This document shows, piece after piece, positions 1 to 9,909 of a stretch of DNA of 35,742 nt. Within the stretch, counting starts at the first letter, position 1, and each line of letters starts with the position of its first letter. The translations under genes and the position numbers were made by a program. The notes under the pieces are model-generated. The model ran no database searches and was not told the DNA's origin. It saw only the letters and a list, made by a program, of their open reading frames with translations. The DNA comes from Candidatus Hodarchaeota archaeon (GTDB lineage: Archaea > Asgardarchaeota > Heimdallarchaeia > Hodarchaeales > Hodarchaeaceae): positions 1-35,742 of the forward strand of contig JAEOTC010000240.1 in NCBI GenBank assembly GCA_016840035.1. Reading direction: 5' to 3'.

Positions 1-2
1 TG

Positions 3-281
3 GGAAAAATTATGGAAATTGGCACTAAAACCATGTTTACCATGGAGAAATCAAAAGTTCATCCTTATACTAGTGCTTTAGGAGTAGCTGTTCCTATACC
101 CGATCCAAGTCTGGATAAAGATGTGATATTGCTTAAAGGTGATGTTCCAAGTCCAGCAAACCCCCCACCAGGATGCGTATTCCACACACGTTGTCCCGAA
201 GCCAGATCTATCTGTTCAGAAAAAGTACCAGTACTTGAGCAGAAAGAGAGTGGACATTCCATAGCTTGCCATTTTAGATAA
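3..281 (+). CDS. Oligopeptide/dipeptide ABC transporter ATP-binding protein, C-terminal part (5' end lies left of the window)
   Basis: The frame is open from base 3 (GKIMEIG). It carries the oligo_HPY tail HPYT..L...P and the Cys cluster PPGCVFHTRCP...C...ACH typical of DppF/OppF/AppF. Confidence 0.92.
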   Translation, partial: GKIMEIGTKTMFTMEKSKVHPYTSALGVAVPIPDPSLDKDVILLKGDVPSPANPPPGCVFHTRCPEARSICSEKVPVLEQKESGHSIACHFR

Positions 282-339
282 GAGTAGGTGTTTAGCGATC
301 TCAACCGAGAAAACTTCTAAGGAAAGTCTTGAGGAACAG

Positions 340-534
340 TTGGCTACTATCCCAACCAATCCTCACCAATTATCCCTTTTTAAAGAACCAACAGAAAATA
401 AGATTGCTGGAGTTCAATTAGAGAAGAAAGATTACCTAGCTCTGTTTATCGCCATGATGCAGACAATATTTCTTCCTATTCTTATTATAATGGGAGTATT
501 TGTGGTAATTGCAGTTTTTTTTGCCTTTCTGTAA
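340..534 (+). CDS. Small membrane protein (64 aa)
   Basis: TTG start preceded by GAGGA at 331-335. The C-terminal half is hydrophobic (DYLALFIAMMQTIFLPILIIMGVFVVIAVFFAFL). Confidence 0.65.
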   Translation: MATIPTNPHQLSLFKEPTENKIAGVQLEKKDYLALFIAMMQTIFLPILIIMGVFVVIAVFFAFL

Positions 535-717
535 CTATCAACAGACTTCTTTATTTTCAAAATTTAATTCCTTTCTCTGAGTTCAAGAGTACCTGATTCA
601 GGGATTTAATAGGTTTTAGAATATAGCAATACTAATCAGATTTGATTAAAATTTTCTTTTGGGGGGTACATCGTTTCTGATTTATCGTTTTCAACAAAAT
701 CCCCCAACAATAGATTC

Positions 718-740
718 TAAAAAAAAAGAAAAAAGAGAGA
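718..740 (-). terminator. Probable archaeal oligo-T terminator of the dppA-like gene
   Basis: The minus strand reads TCTCTCTTTTTTCTTTTTTTTTA a few nt after the stop codon at 748. Confidence 0.55.
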
Positions 741-747
741 GGAAGAC

Positions 748-2871
748 TTAACGTCTTCGTTTGCGTGCATAGATTGCTGCAAAGGTAGCTGCAATAAAGA
801 TTGCGGCGAATTCGAAACCAGGTGTTCCATCATCGTCTTCAGTGGTGGTTTCTGGTTCTGTTCCCGTAGTAGTGGTGGTTGTAACCGGGTCACTGGTGAC
901 TGGTTCCATGTATTTGTCCAGGTACTGATAATTAGCACGAGAACTCATGGGGTTCAGTGAACCACTTTCTGCGAATCCTTGAATCCAGGAGCGAACGACG
1001 GTGAAGCGTTGGGCTTGATATGCATAAATGAATGCATAGTCTTTTGCTGCCATTTCTTCTAGATCGAAGTACATTAATTCTCTAGCAGTCGTGTTCTGCT
1101 CGATAGCAGCATCTTCGATGAGTTGGTTTACAGCAGAGTTGTTATAGTCGATACGGGGAGCATAGATACCGTAATCACCGTGGAGGAATGGAGCAGCATA
1201 GTTATCTGGGTCTGCATAATCGGGTGCCCATCCTAAGAAGAATATTGGGAGTTGTCTTCCGCGGACTGCACGTAGATAAGTAGGCCAGGCCATTTCTAAT
1301 ACGTTAACATTGATACCAATTCCCATGTCATTGATTGTGGTAGCTAATAAGAGAGAACCTTGTCTTCGTACCTCATTACCTTGGTTGAAACCAATGGTAA
1401 TATCACCGGTCCAGTTAACAGCTTCAAACAGAGCTTGGGCTGCATCAGGATCGAATTCTGGTAAGAATCCATCTTCGACTAATTGGTCGTGATGGCCGAA
1501 CATACCATTTGGAATAACACCTTCCATTCTCTCGGCAAAACCATTTGTTACAGCATCAATAAAGGTGTCGTAATCAAAGGCTAAAGTAAAGGCCTGACGG
1601 AATTTCAGGGCAGAGAAGGGATTATCGGCTGAAGCGGATCCGTATGCTGGATCATCCATCTTATCCCAGAGGGTATGATCATAAGCACTATCAGAAGCTT
1701 CACTGATGAATTGAGCTGGAAGAGTTTCATTCATGTTTAATCCGAAGAACATCACAGTGAATGTGGGTCCAATATATACATCAATATCATCTTCTAAGCT
1801 GGGGAGAACTTCACGTGTATCAACATCTACAATTTCACTGGCGTGGGTTGTAGGGACATATACGTTGTCTGCGTCTCCACCTTTGATATCTAAGATACGG
1901 GTAGCAACTTCGTTAACACTCTTGATCAAGATTTGGTCAGGGGAGTGTTCTGCAAAGTTTGCGGCATTCCACCAGCCATTATATTTGGTACATTCAATCA
2001 AAGTTCCAGGATCTAAATCTACAAGGCTGTAGGGTCCTGTACCGGCTTCGTGGTCAACTATCCAGTCGTGTGAGTTATCACTGTCTGCTGGAGAGCTTGG
2101 TACGACACCAGAAATTGCTAGATCATGGTCAACAGCAAGACCTAAGTAACCACGTAGATCTGCATCAGCAACACCTGGGAACCAGGCGTTAAGATCGAGC
2201 ATTCCAAATTGATCATCACCATCAGTGGTATAATCTGCGGGAGCATTTTCAGCAATTGCTTTTGGAGAAATTGCCGCACCTACCCTGTAAGCCATAGCGT
2301 AAAGGAAAGGAGTATATACTGTAGCAAGGTTGATTTGGAATAAGTATTCATCAAGAACTACGAAAGCTCCACCTGTAACGAAGGTTTCTGCCTCTGTAAG
2401 GTTTACATCATCCATACCCATAATTGCTGGACCACCAACAATTGCTTGTTGAATCATCCAAGCTGGACCCCAATGATCGTTCATGATGACCATTCTGTCC
2501 AATGAGTATTTCATAATGTAAGCATTGAAAGTGACTCCATCGTGGAAGGTGACACCCTCTCGTAGGGTGAAGTTATATTGCAAACCGTCTGCTGAGACAA
2601 CCCAGCTGGTAGCTAAAACACCCTCTAAATCTGTTGCTGAATTACCAACATAATCTACGAGTGTTTCATAAAAGAGTTCGTTAAGTCCTGAACCGAAGCT
2701 TTCGTAATCAGTAGCTGGATCAATTGCCTCTGGTGCACTTACTGTTTCTGCGATAAAGACCCCTGGATTTTTGAGCTGCATAACTGCTGCTGTGGCGGGG
2801 GAAACATTAGAAGAGAACACCAAAAGAAGGACAAAACCGAACAACAGTTTCATTTTTAATAAATTCTTCAT
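748..2871 (-). CDS. ABC transporter substrate-binding protein, family 5 (DppA/OppA-like), with C-terminal PGF-CTERM-like anchor
   Basis: N-terminal signal peptide. SBP_bac_5 motifs IDPA..Y, YETLV, LATSW..SADGLQYNFTLREGVTFHDG, GTGPY and GWAPDYADPDNY. Thr-rich linker followed by TPGF, a TM helix and RKRRR. SD GAGGT at 2880-2884. Confidence 0.95.
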   Translation of the reverse strand: MKNLLKMKLLFGFVLLLVFSSNVSPATAAVMQLKNPGVFIAETVSAPEAIDPATDYESFGSGLNELFYETLVDYVGNSATDLEGVLATSWVVSADGLQYNFTLREGVTFHDGVTFNAYIMKYSLDRMVIMNDHWGPAWMIQQAIVGGPAIMGMDDVNLTEAETFVTGGAFVVLDEYLFQINLATVYTPFLYAMAYRVGAAISPKAIAENAPADYTTDGDDQFGMLDLNAWFPGVADADLRGYLGLAVDHDLAISGVVPSSPADSDNSHDWIVDHEAGTGPYSLVDLDPGTLIECTKYNGWWNAANFAEHSPDQILIKSVNEVATRILDIKGGDADNVYVPTTHASEIVDVDTREVLPSLEDDIDVYIGPTFTVMFFGLNMNETLPAQFISEASDSAYDHTLWDKMDDPAYGSASADNPFSALKFRQAFTLAFDYDTFIDAVTNGFAERMEGVIPNGMFGHHDQLVEDGFLPEFDPDAAQALFEAVNWTGDITIGFNQGNEVRRQGSLLLATTINDMGIGINVNVLEMAWPTYLRAVRGRQLPIFFLGWAPDYADPDNYAAPFLHGDYGIYAPRIDYNNSAVNQLIEDAAIEQNTTARELMYFDLEEMAAKDYAFIYAYQAQRFTVVRSWIQGFAESGSLNPMSSRANYQYLDKYMEPVTSDPVTTTTTTGTEPETTTEDDDGTPGFEFAAIFIAATFAAIYARKRRR

Positions 2872-3234
2872 TTGTTTTTACCTCTAGTCCGTGTAAACAC
2901 GTCGGTGCTTTACAGATTCTCAAAATAAGCCCTAGTATGGACTTATAGGATAATCTATAACTTGTCAAGTTGAAGTAAATCATATTTTATGAGATTCCAT
3001 TGTTTAGTGTCATATTTAGAACAACAATACTCAATGTTTGAATCCTACAAAGCACAGACAAAACTTATCAGAATTGCTAATAAAACTTGTTTGTGGTGCA
3101 ATTCACAACAAAAAAAATAAGACGATTGGATAGAACCATTGGGGAAATTAATCCCTCTAGATCACATATTGAATTGCCCTTAACATATTGTATTTATAGT
3201 GTCTTTTTCGTTGGTCTAAACAAGGGATTAACCA

Positions 3235-3555
3235 ATGAATACCAAACAAGAAACTCAGAACTTTGTTGAGAGAATAAAACTATTTTATCATGATAATTAT
3301 AGAAACATTACTATTCGTTTACCAATTATTACAGGTGTATTATTAATATTACTTGCAATCGTTACTCTCTTGACGTACGGGGTTGAATTAGAGCGTTTAA
3401 ATTGGATAACAACATATTATTCAACTAATTATCCCCTTTATGATTATTTTAAGCAGTCTGCAGAATATTTATTGATGATAACAATTCTTTCGATTGGTAC
3501 TGCCATTATTTTATTTGTAATTGCATTTATATTTGATAAACGAGATACGTATTAG
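3235..3555 (+). CDS. Hypothetical 2-TM membrane protein
   Basis: 106-aa ORF with two clear hydrophobic helices. Confidence 0.7.
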   Translation: MNTKQETQNFVERIKLFYHDNYRNITIRLPIITGVLLILLAIVTLLTYGVELERLNWITTYYSTNYPLYDYFKQSAEYLLMITILSIGTAIILFVIAFIFDKRDTY

Positions 3556-3768
3556 AAAGATTGATACTCCATAAGGTAATAAGAGTTTGCTTGAAAACTC
3601 AAATTTTTTCTTCAATAACATTTGACCACGATCTTTCTTTCTAAATAAGGCAAGGTCTAGTAACAACTAAATCTAAGAAACTCATTAAAAGATTAAAAGA
3701 TAGTAAAAATTTCACCATTCCGAAGCTTAATATAATCCAATTCGTTGCTTTCTGAGAAAAGCTGATTA

Positions 3769-4935
3769 TTGATGAAGCATTCATTTGAAGGAAATCCACT
3801 TTTAGAAATTAAAGATCTCAGATTTCATTTTAAATTTCATTCTTTTGAACGATCCAAGTATTTAGATCAAAAATTCATGGAATATCTTCAATATCGACCA
3901 TCATTTGACCCTAATCCTCTGGAAAAGAAGGCTCGCGAGGATTATTGGAATCTTGGGAGAGAACAAAGGATTGTTGATGGAGAGGATTATACATACCAAC
4001 AAGAAGAAATTCTTGTGAAAGCAGTTGATGGGCTAGATCTCATATTGCACGAAGGTGAGAGTATTAGTATCATAGGAGAAACAGGATCTGGGAAGTCCAG
4101 TTTACTATTTGCTATTATGAATTTTCACTTACCACATTTGTATCGCAAGGAAGGGAATATAAATTACATTCCTCGTGAGACAAAAACTCCAGTGAATTTA
4201 CTTCCTTTATCTGATCATCAAATGGAACAATATCGAGGCATTCATTTAGGTTTTGTTCCCCAGTTACCTAAAGAATCACTGAATCCTTGGTTAAAGATTG
4301 GTTTTCAAACAGGCGAGGTGCTTTTCGAGAAGTTATCTATTCGTCAGGAAAAAGTAAAAGAACGTGTCCTTGAATTTCTGGGAAAAGTGGTGTTACCCGA
4401 TCCCAAAGCAAATTACGATAAATTTGTGGATAAATTGAGTGGAGGAGAGGCTCAAAGAGTATGTATAGCCATGGCTTTACTGTCAGATCCAAGAATCCTT
4501 CTTGCTGATGAACCATTGTCAGCATTAGACTCAATAATTCAAGCGAATGTAATACACTTGCTATTAACATTAAAGAAAGAACTCAAATATTCGTATCTTT
4601 TCGCTACTCATAATATTGGAGCCGCAGGACAGCTTGGTGATAGTATTGCAGTGATGTATGGAGGTGAAGTTGTGGAAGTCAGTCCTAAAGAGAAGTTCTT
4701 TGATGAACCACTCCATCCCTACTCCCAAGGATTGCTTAAATCTGCACCATGGTATGCGATTAAACACGGTTTAGAGCTAGCAGAAATTCCAGGAGAACTC
4801 CCGAAACCTCATGAATGGCCTACTGGATGTAAATTTCATCCACGATGTCCGAAAGCGTTAGCTATGTGCCAAAAAAATAAACCACCGAGAACACAAGAAA
4901 ATGGATCATCTGTGGAGTGCTTCCTCTATTCCTAA
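3769..4935 (+). CDS. Oligopeptide/dipeptide ABC transporter ATP-binding protein (DppD/OppD-like)
   Basis: LLEIKDL, VKAVDG, Walker A GETGSGKS, signature LSGGEAQR, Walker B ILLADEP, H-loop ATHN, HPYS and a GCKFHPRCP tail. Confidence 0.95.
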   Translation: MMKHSFEGNPLLEIKDLRFHFKFHSFERSKYLDQKFMEYLQYRPSFDPNPLEKKAREDYWNLGREQRIVDGEDYTYQQEEILVKAVDGLDLILHEGESISIIGETGSGKSSLLFAIMNFHLPHLYRKEGNINYIPRETKTPVNLLPLSDHQMEQYRGIHLGFVPQLPKESLNPWLKIGFQTGEVLFEKLSIRQEKVKERVLEFLGKVVLPDPKANYDKFVDKLSGGEAQRVCIAMALLSDPRILLADEPLSALDSIIQANVIHLLLTLKKELKYSYLFATHNIGAAGQLGDSIAVMYGGEVVEVSPKEKFFDEPLHPYSQGLLKSAPWYAIKHGLELAEIPGELPKPHEWPTGCKFHPRCPKALAMCQKNKPPRTQENGSSVECFLYS

Positions 4936-4988
4936 GATAAAATCTGAGGATTAAGAAAGAGAATTTCCCTCCCAAAAGATATAATTGG

Positions 4989-5717
4989 TCAAAGTTTACA
5001 GAATGTAAGTCTCATTTCTCGTACCCATTCTGCAAAGGTTTGATCCCCTTTCAGGATTTTTGAAATTGTGATCTGATATTCTTTACAGGCACTCTCTGTG
5101 GGAATGAAAATTAGTTTATTTTCCAAATCAGGGGTAGGTTGCATTCGAATCATGGGTGCTTCAAGCTTGGAGGCAGAGTCCGCACAAGCAAGTTCCAAGG
5201 CAAGTAATTTGAGAAAATCTCGAACTGTGATATCGGGAAAACCATATTTTGTCATAGAGTCATGAGGTACTAAATTGAGGATAACCTGACTCCATTCATG
5301 GTACCAGTGATCTTCTAAATGCCAATAAAGGAAAAATTCCTTATGTTGTGCTCGATACTCCGAGAGAACTACTAAATATCTTATCATACATTCTCTAACT
5401 TTTCCCATTAAATCTAATCCAGATTTATCGTAAAGAGAACTTAATTTATTTCTCTCAACACTCAATGTAACCATTATCTTGATAATAGCCTCTAATTCAG
5501 CTTCACTTGAAATAGGAACGTACTTCGAAATTTTCTCCAGCCAAGTAATCATCTCGTTGATTTTTTCTTCAGAAGTATCAGTGATAGCAAGGTTCGAAAA
5601 AGAGTGCTTAACGTTCTCTCTCGAGATAATGCTAGCTAAGTCTTTCTTTTCAAGAAATTTATTCCGATTTTGGATAAGAGTTCGGACATTCCATTCTAAA
5701 TGACCTCTTTGCTCCAT
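4989..5717 (-). CDS. Hypothetical protein (242 aa, mostly helical)
   Basis: Long ORF with ATG and upstream AGGAG-like SD. No family recognised. Confidence 0.75.
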   Translation of the reverse strand: MEQRGHLEWNVRTLIQNRNKFLEKKDLASIISRENVKHSFSNLAITDTSEEKINEMITWLEKISKYVPISSEAELEAIIKIMVTLSVERNKLSSLYDKSGLDLMGKVRECMIRYLVVLSEYRAQHKEFFLYWHLEDHWYHEWSQVILNLVPHDSMTKYGFPDITVRDFLKLLALELACADSASKLEAPMIRMQPTPDLENKLIFIPTESACKEYQITISKILKGDQTFAEWVREMRLTFCKL

Positions 5718-6103
5718 ATACTTATTTCTCCTAGTATCTTAATTGTTGTCGCTAAGTTTAACTCAAGATTTTTATTAGTTATGGCCAATCTAAAAAACTT
5801 TTGACGTTGACAATATCATTAGATCTACTTTCTCTAAACCTATAAATTAATAGAGTTCAGAAAACCAAGAGGGTAAACGTTTGGATAACTTACTCTTTGA
5901 CATTGGAGCTTACAAATATTCTTAGAAATTTTCTCTCAGAAGAATCAAAATCAACTGAAAAAGACCACTAAAGTAAGCTTTGAACTTACTTAATCGATAT
6001 CCGATTCAATAGTTATATTGTGAATTGCCTAGATCCAAGTATTTAAGAATGGAGTCAGTATTAGGTTTCAAACCTCTAGATCAATTCAACTTAGGGACTA
6101 ATA

Positions 6104-6355
6104 ATGACAAAGAAAGATCTAGCTCAAATAAGTTTTATAGGTGTACTTCTATTTTCGAGTTTAATCATTTTTGAGATTGGATTAAGCTACCTTGAATATC
6201 CAGTAAGTTATCTTCGAAAGAATTATGTTGAAGGCCTTCAGAATTTAGAGAAATCACTAAATCTGTTTATCCTAGCTTTAGCTATCTTCATAGTAGGTGT
6301 AATCCTATCCTTCTGGGTGTATCTCTCGAAAAGAAGTCAAGCAAAAGATGAATAA
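6104..6355 (+). CDS. Hypothetical 2-TM membrane protein
   Basis: 83-aa ORF with two hydrophobic helices, ending 32 nt upstream of the first dppB. Confidence 0.65.
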   Translation: MTKKDLAQISFIGVLLFSSLIIFEIGLSYLEYPVSYLRKNYVEGLQNLEKSLNLFILALAIFIVGVILSFWVYLSKRSQAKDE

Positions 6356-6387
6356 GCTTTCAAAGAACCAAGAATAGCTACTACGGG

Positions 6388-7488
6388 ATGATACGAGTGA
6401 AATTTAGTGTCTTTCTAGGTAAAAGACTTATTTTTTTCCTTCCTGTGTTATTTGGTGTCTCGTTTCTATCTTGGCTCATCTCTGATATCAGTGGAGATCC
6501 GATTACAGCCTATGTTGGTGATCCTTTATTTATTACAGAAGAGGAATTTCAAGCTTTGGAACGAGAATACGGTCTTGATAAACCTTGGTTTGAACGGTTT
6601 CTAATTCATTTTAGTAAATTCATGCTGGGAGATTGGGGAACAACTGGTGGGATGTTAGGAGAGCAACCTGTTTTAGGTTTAATAGGGCATCTGTTTCCTG
6701 CGACTATAGAACTAGCAATATTTTCTATGATTATTGCCTTGCTAATTGGAATACCCCTTGGTATTGTTTCTGCAATGAAAAGAAATACCCGATTAGAAAC
6801 AATCGTGAGAGGATTATATCTGAGTGGGTACAGCATTCCTTTATTCGTCCTAGCGATGATTGTTTCCTATCTTTTATTCCAAGTGACTTTTGAAGTGGCT
6901 CTAAGCTTGAATGATCGGAGTTTGATTGGAAGCATTCCCTATAGTGGTAGGTACAATGAAAGATTATTTCGATATCCAAATTCAATCCTTTTCGGTGTCT
7001 TCTCGTCCACAGGAATCCTCCTAATTGATAGTATTCTCTCATTAAATTTCTTACTCTTTTTCGATGCCTTTTTTCGTATCTTATCTCCTGGAATTGTTGT
7101 GGCAATACCTCAAGTAGCAATTATTAGTCGAATGACTAGAATGGCCATGATAGAGACAATGAAAAGTGACTATATCCTATTAGCACGAGCTAAAGGATTG
7201 AAAGAAAGAACTATTATCTATAGACATGCTTTAAAGAATGCTATCATTCCCACATTGACTGTAAGTAGCATTATACTAGCCAATCTATTAACTGGTATCT
7301 TATTTGTAGAAATAGTATTTCATTGGCCAGGTCTTGGAACTTTTATTTATGTAGCAGTTAACAATGTGGATATGCCAGCAATCCAGGGTTTTATTATGAT
7401 AACTACTCTCGTATATATGAGTGTCAACTTTATTGTAGATTTAATTTATGGATATATTGATCCTCGAATCAGGGGAATTTTGTCATGA
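6388..7488 (+). CDS. dppB: Peptide ABC transporter permease, DppB/OppB-type (paralog 1)
   Basis: KRL..PVLFGVS..., GDP, YGLDKP, GDWG, FPATIELA, EAA loop DYILLARAKGL..RTIIYRHALKNA, WPGLG and the DPRIR end. The true start may be GTG at 6397. Confidence 0.93.
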   Translation: MIRVKFSVFLGKRLIFFLPVLFGVSFLSWLISDISGDPITAYVGDPLFITEEEFQALEREYGLDKPWFERFLIHFSKFMLGDWGTTGGMLGEQPVLGLIGHLFPATIELAIFSMIIALLIGIPLGIVSAMKRNTRLETIVRGLYLSGYSIPLFVLAMIVSYLLFQVTFEVALSLNDRSLIGSIPYSGRYNERLFRYPNSILFGVFSSTGILLIDSILSLNFLLFFDAFFRILSPGIVVAIPQVAIISRMTRMAMIETMKSDYILLARAKGLKERTIIYRHALKNAIIPTLTVSSIILANLLTGILFVEIVFHWPGLGTFIYVAVNNVDMPAIQGFIMITTLVYMSVNFIVDLIYGYIDPRIRGILS

Positions 7489-7578
7489 TCACTTATCAGA
7501 TAGTGGCAATCAACAATCATATTCTCTGTTTTAAAGAACTTAGGATTCTCAAACCGACAAACATATGGAAGACAGTGC

Positions 7579-8673
7579 ATGAACTTTAAAGGATTTGTAA
7601 TAAAAAGGTTGATTTTTTTAATACCAGTTTTTTTTGGTGTCTCATTCATATCGTGGTTTTTAGCCGATATTAGTGGAGATCCGATTACAGCTTATGTGGG
7701 CGATAATGCACTTATGATGCCTGAAGAGGACTTACGAGCGATAGAACGTGCACTTGGTCTCGATAAACCTTGGCTTGAGAGATATCTTGCTCATTTCTGG
7801 CGATTTATTACTGGCGATTGGGGAACAACAGGAACTCACTTCGGAGAGCAACCTGTTTTAGGTCTGATTCAACACCTTTTCCCGGCCTCGATAGAACTAG
7901 CCCTTTTTTCGATGATATTGGCACTAAGTATGGGCATTCCATTAGGAGTATTCTCTGCAACAAATAAAAATAAAGGTGTAGAAGGCTTGGTAAGAGGCAC
8001 TTACTTGAGTGGGTATAGTATTCCGCTATTTGTTCTCGCAATGCTGGTTTCGTATCTATTATTCCAATTTACATTCGAGCTATCAAATTTTGTTGGAGAT
8101 AAGAGTCTAATTGGTACACTTCCTTATCGAGATAGATTCACTACGCAAGTTTTCTATTACCCCGATCGAATATTATTTGGTCTTCTCCCTTCAACTGGTT
8201 TTCTATTGATTGATAGTTTATTATCTTTTAACTTCCTCCTGTTCCTTGATGGATTAGTCCATTTATTCTTTCCAGGATTGGTAGTTGCTATTCCACAGGT
8301 TGCATTGATTAGTCGAATGACTCGTATGTCAATGATAGAAACAATGAAAAGTGATTACATATTATTAGCAAGAGCTAAAGGATTAAAAAAGAGGACTATT
8401 CTCTATAAACACGCGTTACGGAATGCTATTTTGCCAACTTTAACAGTGGGTAGTCTAATATTAGCGAACTTGTTAGCTGGGATTATTTTTGTGGAAATGA
8501 TCTTTTATTGGCCAGGATTGGGAACTTTTCTTCTAGAAGCAATAAATCGTGTCGATACTCCTGCATTAACGGGATTTGTGATGATTACTACAATCATCTA
8601 CCTTACTACAAACTTTTTAGTAGATTTAATGTATGCTTTTGTAGATCCAAGAATGCGTGATGTCATTTCTTAA
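7579..8673 (+). CDS. dppB: Peptide ABC transporter permease, DppB/OppB-type (paralog 2)
   Basis: Same motif set as paralog 1 (GLDKP, FPASIELA, DYILLARAKGL, WPGLG, DPRMR). Confidence 0.93.
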   Translation: MNFKGFVIKRLIFLIPVFFGVSFISWFLADISGDPITAYVGDNALMMPEEDLRAIERALGLDKPWLERYLAHFWRFITGDWGTTGTHFGEQPVLGLIQHLFPASIELALFSMILALSMGIPLGVFSATNKNKGVEGLVRGTYLSGYSIPLFVLAMLVSYLLFQFTFELSNFVGDKSLIGTLPYRDRFTTQVFYYPDRILFGLLPSTGFLLIDSLLSFNFLLFLDGLVHLFFPGLVVAIPQVALISRMTRMSMIETMKSDYILLARAKGLKKRTILYKHALRNAILPTLTVGSLILANLLAGIIFVEMIFYWPGLGTFLLEAINRVDTPALTGFVMITTIIYLTTNFLVDLMYAFVDPRMRDVIS

Positions 8674-8695
8674 GCTTGGAAAAAAGGGAACTTCT

Positions 8696-9787
8696 TTGAA
8701 ATTCAGGGTTTTTTTGCTCAAAAGGCTGATTTTCTTAATCCCAGTATTCTTTGGTGTTTCATTCTTCTCTTGGCTATTATCCGACATCAGTGGCGATCCT
8801 ATCACAGCCTATATCGGTAATCCAATGATGATGACAGAGGAGGAAATTCAAGCTCTTGAAAGATCCCTTGGATTCGACAGACCTTGGCCTGAGCGTTATA
8901 TTGCCCATTTTTTACGGTTTATTTCTGGTGATTGGGGCACTACAGGTAGGTTTTTTGGTGAACAACCAGTTTTAAGTCTGATTCAACGTCATTTTCCTGC
9001 TTCTATAGAACTAGCGATTTTTTCCATGGCAATTGCAGTAAGTATTGGAATTCCATTAGGAATTTTTTCTGCAGTTAATAAAAATAAGAGTGTAGACACC
9101 TTAGTTCGAAGTGTATATCTAAGTGGATACAGTATTCCCCTATTCCTTATGGCTATGATCGTTTCATATCTGATATTTCAGTTTACATTCGAACTCGGAC
9201 TTTTCCTCAATGATAGAACCCTCATTGCCTCTCTCCCGTATCGAAGTCGATATAACACAGATATATTTCATTATCCCAATCGAATCGTGTTTGATCTTCT
9301 TCCATCGACGGGGATTCTATTGCTTGATAGCTTGCTTTCGTTTAATTTCATTCTTTTTCTGGACTCCTTATTCCATATCATTTCACCAGCATTCGTAGTT
9401 GCTACACCACAAATTGCCTTAATCAGCAGAATGACCCGAATGGCTATGATGTCCACACTGAAAAGTGACTATATTCTTTTAGCACGAGCTAAAGGTCTGA
9501 AAGAAAGAACTATCCTTTATAAACATGCATTAAGAAATGCAATTCTCCCAACTTTAACAGTAGGAAGTATTGTCTTAGCCAATTTGATGACAGGCATAAT
9601 TTTTGTTGAGATGGTTTTCGCTTGGCCTGGTCTAGGCACATTTCTTTACACCGCGATCTATCGGGTTGATCTCCCCGCGATTACTGGCTTTGTGATGATA
9701 ACCACATTGGTGTATCTTACCACAAACTTTCTTGTCGATTTAGCATATTCTTTGATCGATCCTCGGATGCGCGACACGATTTCATAA
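8696..9787 (+). CDS. dppB: Peptide ABC transporter permease, DppB/OppB-type (paralog 3)
   Basis: Same motif set. The start is placed at TTG 8696 (MKFRVFLLKRL) by alignment with the other two paralogs; the ORF track begins at 8657. Confidence 0.92.
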   Translation: MKFRVFLLKRLIFLIPVFFGVSFFSWLLSDISGDPITAYIGNPMMMTEEEIQALERSLGFDRPWPERYIAHFLRFISGDWGTTGRFFGEQPVLSLIQRHFPASIELAIFSMAIAVSIGIPLGIFSAVNKNKSVDTLVRSVYLSGYSIPLFLMAMIVSYLIFQFTFELGLFLNDRTLIASLPYRSRYNTDIFHYPNRIVFDLLPSTGILLLDSLLSFNFILFLDSLFHIISPAFVVATPQIALISRMTRMAMMSTLKSDYILLARAKGLKERTILYKHALRNAILPTLTVGSIVLANLMTGIIFVEMVFAWPGLGTFLYTAIYRVDLPAITGFVMITTLVYLTTNFLVDLAYSLIDPRMRDTIS

Positions 9788-9909
9788 CCGAATCAAGAAA
9801 TTATAAAGTGTTGATACCATCCAAATACGCAAACATATTTGTATAGTAAAACTCACCACCAGAATATCTCCAAGAAAAATAACCTTAACGATTCAGATGT
9901 GACATTTTT

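Noticed and set aside
840-900. GTG/GTA triplet-like repeats
   Set aside because: They simply encode the Thr-rich linker of the binding protein.
65-2192. Short ORFs antisense to or overlapping dppF and dppA (65-304, 717-938, 1310-1492, 1733-2032, 1959-2192)
   Set aside because: Shadows of well-supported genes, with no motifs.
3087-3269. 60-aa ORF in the dppA upstream region
   Set aside because: TTG start without SD, lies in a probable promoter region and overlaps the next gene.
4337-9456. Short alternative-frame or antisense ORFs inside dppD, the 242-aa gene and the dppB genes
   Set aside because: Contained in or overlapping stronger CDSs, with no recognisable features.
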